From Candidatus Spongiisociaceae bacterium (GTDB lineage Bacteria; Actinomycetota; Acidimicrobiia; Spongiisociales; Spongiisociaceae): 64,000 bases of DNA. A program made the translations under genes and the position numbers. Shown piece after piece: positions 58,370-64,000 of this stretch (its first letter is position 1; each line of letters begins with the position of its first letter). The notes under the pieces are model-generated. The model was not told the DNA's origin, made no database searches, and worked only from the letters and a program-made list of their open reading frames with translations. The DNA is taken from the NCBI GenBank assembly GCA_965219685.1, contig CBDCOH010000002.1, positions 1,120,001 through 1,184,000 of the forward strand. Direction: 5' to 3'.

Positions 58370-58645
58370 ATGGCACACAACAAATCACAAGAGAAGCGCA
58401 ACCGTCAGACGGTCGTCCGGACCGCTCGTAACAGGTCCTTGCGGTCGGAGCTGAAGACCCGTGCCAGGAGCGCTGTGTCCGCGGCCCGGCAGGGTGATGA
58501 GACCGCGGCCGCCGAGGCCCTGCGGATGGCACAGAAGCGCATCGACCAAGCCGCCGCCAAGGGTGTGCTGAAGAAGAACACCGCAGCCCGTCGGAAGCGC
58601 AAGCTGGTCCGGCGGGTCAGCGAGGCATCACAGAACTCGATCTAG
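58370..58645 (+). CDS. rpsT: 30S ribosomal protein S20
   Basis: MAHNKSQEKRNRQ...RN...RSELKT...ID.AA.KGV.KKNTAARRK. Confidence 0.96.
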   Translation: MAHNKSQEKRNRQTVVRTARNRSLRSELKTRARSAVSAARQGDETAAAEALRMAQKRIDQAAAKGVLKKNTAARRKRKLVRRVSEASQNSI

Positions 58646-58677
58646 GTGTTTGGTACTTGGTGCTGGGTGATCGATGA
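58643..58677 (+). repeat. Degenerate heptamer array starting at the rpsT stop codon
   Basis: TAGGTGT TTGGTAC TTGGTGC TGGGTGA TCGATGA. Confidence 0.55.
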
Positions 58678-58683
58678 CCTCGG

Positions 58684-59673
58684 TCAGCTACGGTACCAGT
58701 AGCAGAGGGAGACCGTAAGCCGTTCCATCGTCACCAGGTGGGTCTCCTCGGGAAGTGTCTTCAGGGTGGCGTCCGCTCGGCGAACCGCATCCAGCGCCCT
58801 GCTCAGGTTGTCGCCGCTCACGCTATTCCCCGCCCGCCAGATCTTGCGGGTCGGGAAGGCGTCCGGTTTCGATCCGATCCACTTCGCCAACGTTTCGATG
58901 TCAGGCGCGGCCGAGGCTAGTGACCTCCTGCGCAGGTCGTTCTCGATGGCCGCGAGCAGGAACAGGGGATGGATGTGGGTGAGCAGGTCGTGCAGCCTGC
59001 GCAGTGCCTCGTCCACCCGGCCGCCGGCGAGCGCATCGGTGAAGTGCCAGACGGGCTCTTCCGGACGGTTGCGGAAGCGATCGCGGATCAACTCAGCAGT
59101 GATCGGCTCCACGGACATCACCAGTTGTTCCAGAGCCTGGTCCAATGCCTCTATGTCGGACCCGAACCGTTCCACCAGTGCCTCAGCGGCCTTCCCCGGC
59201 AGCCGAAGCTTCCGCTTCCGGGCTGCGCGGCGGATCCAGTCCAGGGCGTCACGCTCCCGGAGCTTCCGTATCGACACCGACTGGCCGTTGTTCTTGATGT
59301 ATGCGCCGAGCGGCGCAGGCAACCTCGCGGTCGAAACGAATACGACTTGGAGACCGGCGGCGTGCGGCTGGGAGAGCAGGTCTGCGACGGCCGTGGCCTC
59401 CGAAGCCCGGAGAAGGTGGGCGTCCTGCACCATCACGCCGGTCCGACCGCCGAACAGGGAACCGGATTGCAGGGCAGGAACGACCGGTTCCACCTCCGGC
59501 CTGATGGTCGCATCCCCCGATTCCGACTGACCCCGGCCGGGCACATGGATCCTGACGATGTCGCCCGGCGCGATCCCGGCCGAGGCGAAGACCTCGGCGG
59601 CCCGGTCCAGCATGTGTTTGCGCTCCCCCGGCCCCGGTTCTCTCGGTCCGCTGATGTGAACGAGGCTCTTCAG
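58684..59673 (-). CDS. holA: DNA polymerase III delta subunit; start uncertain (CTG 59673 or ATG 59613)
   Basis: SGSLFGG, AAEALVERFG.D...L.Q.LEQL, VW.FTDAL..G, ADATLK; comEC..holA/rpsT synteny. Confidence 0.85.
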   Translation of the reverse strand: MKSLVHISGPREPGPGERKHMLDRAAEVFASAGIAPGDIVRIHVPGRGQSESGDATIRPEVEPVVPALQSGSLFGGRTGVMVQDAHLLRASEATAVADLLSQPHAAGLQVVFVSTARLPAPLGAYIKNNGQSVSIRKLRERDALDWIRRAARKRKLRLPGKAAEALVERFGSDIEALDQALEQLVMSVEPITAELIRDRFRNRPEEPVWHFTDALAGGRVDEALRRLHDLLTHIHPLFLLAAIENDLRRRSLASAAPDIETLAKWIGSKPDAFPTRKIWRAGNSVSGDNLSRALDAVRRADATLKTLPEETHLVTMERLTVSLCYWYRS

Positions 59674-60377
59674 AGGTTCCAGCCTCCCCCTACCTGGATG
59701 AACGACCCGCTGATGTAGTCGGTCTGCTCGCCGAGCAGGAACCTCACCGCGGCTGAGACGTCCTCGAACCTCCCGTGCCTGCGCGCCGGGATCCGGGCGA
59801 CTCCGGGTAACGGGTCGGAGTTCTCGAGAGCCCCCGGGAGGACGGCATTGACCGTTATGCCGTACGGTGCCTCGGTCACCGCCATCGTCTTGGTGACGAT
59901 CAGAACCCCGGTCTTGCCGACGTAGTACGGAAGGCTGCGCGGCCGGGCCGAGAGCCGATCGGCTCCCGAGTCGGAAATGTTGATGATCCTGCCCCCGCCG
60001 TCTCGCAGCATCGGGAGCATGGCCCTCGTCACGTAGTAGGTGGCCGAGACGGTGGATGCTATCTGGGCATCCCACTCCTGCACGGTGAGATCGTCCAGGT
60101 GCTTGAGGATGAACTGCCCGACGTTGTTGACCAGAGCGTCGAGGTGCCCGACCTCGGTCCGGATCACGTCGGCCATGGCCTCCACCTCCGCCGGTGCGGT
60201 CACGTCGGCGCTTACGCAGTGGGCACGGCCACCCCCCTCGCGGATGGCTGCCACCGCGGATCGGGCGGCGTTGCGGCTCGATCTGTAGTGGACGATCACT
60301 TCGTGACCTTCGAGACCGAGATCCACGGCGAGGTGGCGGCCCAGACCCCGGGCAGACCCGGTTATGAGAATCTTCAT
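59670..60377 (-). CDS. SDR-family oxidoreductase
   Basis: ITGSARGLG, VHYRSS, LVNNVG, YYVGK (YxxxK), ITVNAVLPG. Confidence 0.93.
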   Translation of the reverse strand: MKILITGSARGLGRHLAVDLGLEGHEVIVHYRSSRNAARSAVAAIREGGGRAHCVSADVTAPAEVEAMADVIRTEVGHLDALVNNVGQFILKHLDDLTVQEWDAQIASTVSATYYVTRAMLPMLRDGGGRIINISDSGADRLSARPRSLPYYVGKTGVLIVTKTMAVTEAPYGITVNAVLPGALENSDPLPGVARIPARRHGRFEDVSAAVRFLLGEQTDYISGSFIQVGGGWNL

Positions 60378-60382
60378 GGGAG

Positions 60383-60476
60383 TCCGTGGCCCGTGGCCCG
60401 TCGCCCGTGGTCTGTGGACGGTTGCGAGGCCCTCATGGACATCGATCCACGCGCTGATGGTTCGTGGTTCTTGTGG
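60383..60476 (+). repeat. Heptamer arrays between comEC and the SDR gene
   Basis: TCCGTGG CCCGTGG CCCGTCG CCCGTGG TCTGTGG (60383-60417) and CTGATGG TTCGTGG TTCTTGTGG (60454-60476). Confidence 0.7.
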
Positions 60477-60488
60477 TCGCCGGACCTT

Positions 60489-62636
60489 TCATAGACGTCC
60501 TTCTCCCCGGTTACCCACGTCCGGAGATGGTAGTGCGGTCGGACCGGGACCGGCTCGGATCACGACATCCCCTTCGAGGTCGGTGCGCCTCACCTCCATA
60601 CCGGCGTTGTCCAGTTGTGCAAGAAGTTCCGGGGACGGATGTCCGAATCTATTGGGGCCGACGCTGACGACGGCGCTGGAGGCCCCGGTGGCGACGAGCC
60701 AGCCCGGATCCGATGTGGCAGCGCCCTGATGGGGAACCTTGAGGATGTCCACCCGGGGCGGTTCGATCTCGCGCTGGGCTACCCGCTCGATGTCGCCGGA
60801 GAGGAGGACGCGCATCCCTCCCAGCGTGGCCACCAGGACGATGGACTGGTCGTTTAGGGATGCGTAGCGCCGGATCGGGCCTATGACCTCGAGGCCGATC
60901 GAACCCACCCGGTACCGTCCGAGTCCGGGCGTAAGGATGGGCGTGGCGGCGGATGCATCCTCGACCAGGTTGAGGAACCCAGGTCCCTGACCCGGGAACG
61001 GCGCGTACCACAGGGCGCCGACGGGTACGGAGCCGATCACTTCGTCCAGTCCCCCGTAGTGGTCGTGGTGAGCATGGGAGATCACCAGCAGGTCGATGGC
61101 CCTGATGCCGAATCTTGCCAGCCCGTCCCGTATCCCCAGTCCGCTGCTACCCCCGTCGATGAGGACGGTCTCTCCCCCTTCACCGAGGAGTAGGAGGGCG
61201 TCACCCTGACCGACGTCCAGGGCCACGAAGGCAGGCCGCAGTGAGGAGTCCCCGAGTGCATGAGGGGTGGCTAGCAGCGTGACCGCGGCTGCAACGGTCC
61301 CCGCAGCAATGAGAGCAGCGGGTCGGAGCCGCTGCCGCGTCGATGCGAGGCCCATGGCGGCCAGGAACGCGCAGACGGCCCAACCTACCTGGGGTAGACG
61401 AGCCGCCAGGTGGGCGATGCCCAGCACGGCGCGGGCGGATACCGCTCCCACGGCGATCAGCAGGTCGGCGCCGATGACCGACCCGGCCGCTCCGAGACCG
61501 GTGGCGGCAACGACCAGGGGACCGGAGACGAGGTTGGCGAGAGGGGACCAGAGAGGGACGGATCCGAAGCTCATCAGGAGTACGGGGGCGACCGCCACCT
61601 GGGCGCCACAGGAAGCCCCGAGTGATACCCGCAGCCACTCCGGTCTGAGCTGGCCGAACCACCCGGTGCCGACCACGACTCCCACCGTGGCGGCGACCGA
61701 GAGTTGGAAGGCCAGGCTGAAGGCGAGTTCGGGAGCAGCCAGCAGCAAGACGCCTACTCCTGTGGCTATGACCGTCCAGGTGTCCGGCCGGAGGCCGAAG
61801 GGTCGAGCGAGCAGCACCAATCCCGCCATCACGGCGGCCCTGAGAACCGACGCATCCGGGCCTATCAGGACCACGAAGAAGGCCAGTCCTGCGAGGCCGA
61901 GAACGGCACGGCGTCGCGAACTCCATCCGAGTGGGCCGGCGATCACGAAGAGGGCGCCGAGGAACAGCGCGACGTTGCTCCCGGATACAGCGACGAAATG
62001 GGACAGCCCGGCGCGGCGCATCGATTCGTGGTCGGTCTCGCTCAACTGCGAGGTGTCGCCCAGTAGGAATCCGGCCAGCAGCGCTCGTCCGGGATCCCGG
62101 TCGGGCCTCAGCCGCTCGATGACGAGCGTGCGGACTGCGACGATCCTCGCTCCGATCCAGCCACCCGCCACGCCCGCCGGCCGGGCTCTTGACACGTGTC
62201 CTGACCAGGCCGGGTAACCGGTCGGGACCGCTCGCCCGGACGGGTCGGTGATCGGCTCCATTACCGTCCCAACCCACCATCGGGTCGTGCGTCGCCAATC
62301 GGATACGTCCCCGCGGAGCCAGCCGGCCGGACCCTTCCAGGATCGGATCCGACCGCGGTCCGCCACCGCCAGGACCCGGGCTCGGACCCACCCGTCGCCC
62401 GGCGCGCCACCCCCTCCGGAAAGGACCTCCACCAGGACTTCCACGTCACCGGTGGGAAGGTCGACCTGGAGCGCCCGTTCGGTGCGGGAGGCGAGGAGCG
62501 CACCGCTGACCATCCCAACTGCGGCGAGCCCGACGACCAGGGCGGTGTTCCATCTCCTGGTGGCAAGGACCAGGCCGAACGCGGCGATCCCCAATGCGGG
62601 TCCCCACGGACCGCGCACGCCGGCGGCGATCCCCAA
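60489..62636 (-). CDS. comEC: ComEC/Rec2 competence protein; true start may be up to ~60 nt further upstream
   Basis: GLSHFVAVSGSN, SVLRAAVM, FQLS, LDVGQGDA, SHAHHDHYGG, KVPHQG, N.FGHP, RTD..G. Confidence 0.93.
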   Translation of the reverse strand: MGIAAGVRGPWGPALGIAAFGLVLATRRWNTALVVGLAAVGMVSGALLASRTERALQVDLPTGDVEVLVEVLSGGGGAPGDGWVRARVLAVADRGRIRSWKGPAGWLRGDVSDWRRTTRWWVGTVMEPITDPSGRAVPTGYPAWSGHVSRARPAGVAGGWIGARIVAVRTLVIERLRPDRDPGRALLAGFLLGDTSQLSETDHESMRRAGLSHFVAVSGSNVALFLGALFVIAGPLGWSSRRRAVLGLAGLAFFVVLIGPDASVLRAAVMAGLVLLARPFGLRPDTWTVIATGVGVLLLAAPELAFSLAFQLSVAATVGVVVGTGWFGQLRPEWLRVSLGASCGAQVAVAPVLLMSFGSVPLWSPLANLVSGPLVVAATGLGAAGSVIGADLLIAVGAVSARAVLGIAHLAARLPQVGWAVCAFLAAMGLASTRQRLRPAALIAAGTVAAAVTLLATPHALGDSSLRPAFVALDVGQGDALLLLGEGGETVLIDGGSSGLGIRDGLARFGIRAIDLLVISHAHHDHYGGLDEVIGSVPVGALWYAPFPGQGPGFLNLVEDASAATPILTPGLGRYRVGSIGLEVIGPIRRYASLNDQSIVLVATLGGMRVLLSGDIERVAQREIEPPRVDILKVPHQGAATSDPGWLVATGASSAVVSVGPNRFGHPSPELLAQLDNAGMEVRRTDLEGDVVIRAGPGPTALPSPDVGNRGEGRL

Positions 62637-62692
62637 CCAGACGGCCGCGGCTCCCGCCAGGTACAGGCGGGCTCGGGGATCCGGGAGCCTCC

Positions 62693-63313
62693 CTATCGCT
62701 TCACCGCTGCGTAGTCACGGAGGCCGGCGAGCCTCCCCTCCCCGATGCCCGGCACGTCAAGCAGGTCCTCCAGAGTCTCGAATGGTCCGTGGGTCTCCCG
62801 GTAGGTGAGGATCCGGGCGGCCAGTACCTCACCCACGCCGGGGAGCTCGGTCAAGCGCTCCACTCCCGCACTGTTGACATCCACGGGGAAGCCCGGAGAA
62901 GTCCCGGAGGGGTCACCGGGCCCGGCCGCGACACCGTCGCCGATCCATGGGACGACGATGTGCATCCCATCCGCCAACAGGGCGGCGAGGTTGATGCTCC
63001 CCAGTTCCCCACCTGGTCGAACGCCGCCGGCTGCTGCCAATGCGTCCGCTACCCGTTCCCCTTCCGGAACCGTCACCAACCCGGGGTGGGACACGGCCCC
63101 GGAAACGTGGACGGTCACGTAGACGATGCCGGTGGTTGCGGGGGTGGCGACGGGCGCGGTTGCGGGAGGGACGGAACTGCTCGGTGGAGGCTGTGGTCGG
63201 TGCCAGAACGCGAACGCCATTACCAGAGCGATCGCGGCGCCCACCACCGCGACCACCCGCCGCGGGACAGTGCCGGAGGGTGGAAGGGGTATGCCGGGCG
63301 GTTCGGGCATCAC
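62693..63313 (-). CDS. comEA: ComEA DNA-binding competence protein
   Basis: TM, VHVSGAV..PG, RVADAL.AAGG, INLA..L.DG, VDVNSA, LPGVG..LA.RI..YR..GPF, VPGIG. Confidence 0.94.
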   Translation of the reverse strand: MMPEPPGIPLPPSGTVPRRVVAVVGAAIALVMAFAFWHRPQPPPSSSVPPATAPVATPATTGIVYVTVHVSGAVSHPGLVTVPEGERVADALAAAGGVRPGGELGSINLAALLADGMHIVVPWIGDGVAAGPGDPSGTSPGFPVDVNSAGVERLTELPGVGEVLAARILTYRETHGPFETLEDLLDVPGIGEGRLAGLRDYAAVKR

Positions 63314-63373
63314 TCGCCTTTCTGAGTAGGCCTCTCGAACGACCTTGTATCAGAAGGTGGGCCGGCGGAGAAG

Positions 63374-63422
63374 GGGGTTGGTGGTTGGTGCTTGGCAGTT
63401 GGTGGATGGTAGGTGGTGGATA
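63374..63422 (+). repeat. Seven-unit degenerate heptamer array upstream of comEA
   Basis: GGGGTTG GTGGTTG GTGCTTG GCAGTTG GTGGATG GTAGGTG GTGGATA. Confidence 0.7.
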
Positions 63423-63529
63423 GTGAGAGCAGCCTGTAATAATAATTGGAGGTTTACAGTCTCACTTGCCGATGCCCGCTGCGCGATGCCGGCCGGTACC
63501 CTACTGGAACACACGAGGCGGGGACCTGG

Positions 63530-64000
63530 TTGCTGGAACTGGTAGGGCTCAGAAAGCGTTACGGCGAGGTCGTCGCCCTCGACGGGTGTGACCTCGCCGT
63601 CAGGGCAGGGCGCTTGGTGGGGTTTCTCGGTCCCAACGGCGCCGGAAAGACCAGCGCGATGCGGGCGATCTTCGGACTGTTGCGGCTTGATGACGGTGGC
63701 GTGATGTGGAACGGGACGCCGGTTGGGCCGGAAGTCCGGCGGCGCTTCGGCTACATGCCGGAGGCGCGCGGGCTGTATCCCCGGATGAAGGTCCGCGCCC
63801 AGCTGACCTACCTCGGACGCCTGCACGGTCTGGACCGGAAGCGGGCGTCCGGGGCAGCTGATCGCTGGCTCGGGACGATGGGTCTCGAGGAGCGGGCGGA
63901 GTCCAGGCTGGAGGAACTGTCGCACGGCAACCAGCAGAGGGTCCAGTTGGCAGCCTCCCTGGTCCACGATCCGGAACTCCTGGTCCTCGACGAGCCGTTC
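63530..64000 (+). CDS. ABC transporter ATP-binding protein (ABC-2 type); runs off the window
   Basis: Manual translation from TTG 63530: LLELVGLRKRYG...GFLGPNGAGKTS...GYMPEARGLYP...LSHGNQQRVQLAA...LVLDEPF. Confidence 0.92.
   Translation, partial: MLELVGLRKRYGEVVALDGCDLAVRAGRLVGFLGPNGAGKTSAMRAIFGLLRLDDGGVMWNGTPVGPEVRRRFGYMPEARGLYPRMKVRAQLTYLGRLHGLDRKRASGAADRWLGTMGLEERAESRLEELSHGNQQRVQLAASLVHDPELLVLDEPF

Noticed and set aside
6787-63422. Heptamer arrays considered as CRISPR repeats
   Set aside because: Units are 7 bp in tandem with no unique spacers, and no cas genes are present.

Overview
High-GC actinobacterial chromosome segment. I infer class Acidimicrobiia, possibly host- or marine-associated, from the Cys-containing SLH protein, Thr/Pro-rich lipoproteins, homodimeric GlyRS, dnaG-rpoD-tRNA order and frequent leaderless genes. 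Most of the window is core or metabolic: PLP enzymes and carbamoylases, gpsA, serC/aspC, a xanthine-dehydrogenase-family trimer, pyk, and the minus-strand comEA-comEC-holA / hrcA-dnaJ-phoH-HD-ybeY-era-recO-uppS-glyQS-dnaG-rpoD block. Accessory content includes a complete archaeal-order herA-mre11(sbcD)-rad50(sbcC)-nurA operon, two toxin-antitoxin cassettes (HicAB; XRE plus nucleotidyltransferase) and a decayed ~3.5 kb tRNA-Asn island with a P4-type integrase pseudogene and an SLH/beta-propeller cargo gene. Two patterns are not explained by the gene calls. (1) At up to five operon junctions a decayed copy of the downstream gene's 5' end still overlaps the upstream stop codon, with a TA cassette, repeats or a new promoter between it and the real gene. 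(2) A small dispersed element with a conserved ~59-bp core lies between inward-facing heptamer tandem arrays, and related heptamer arrays occur at seven intergenic sites. All calls come from reading motifs by eye; no database searches were run.
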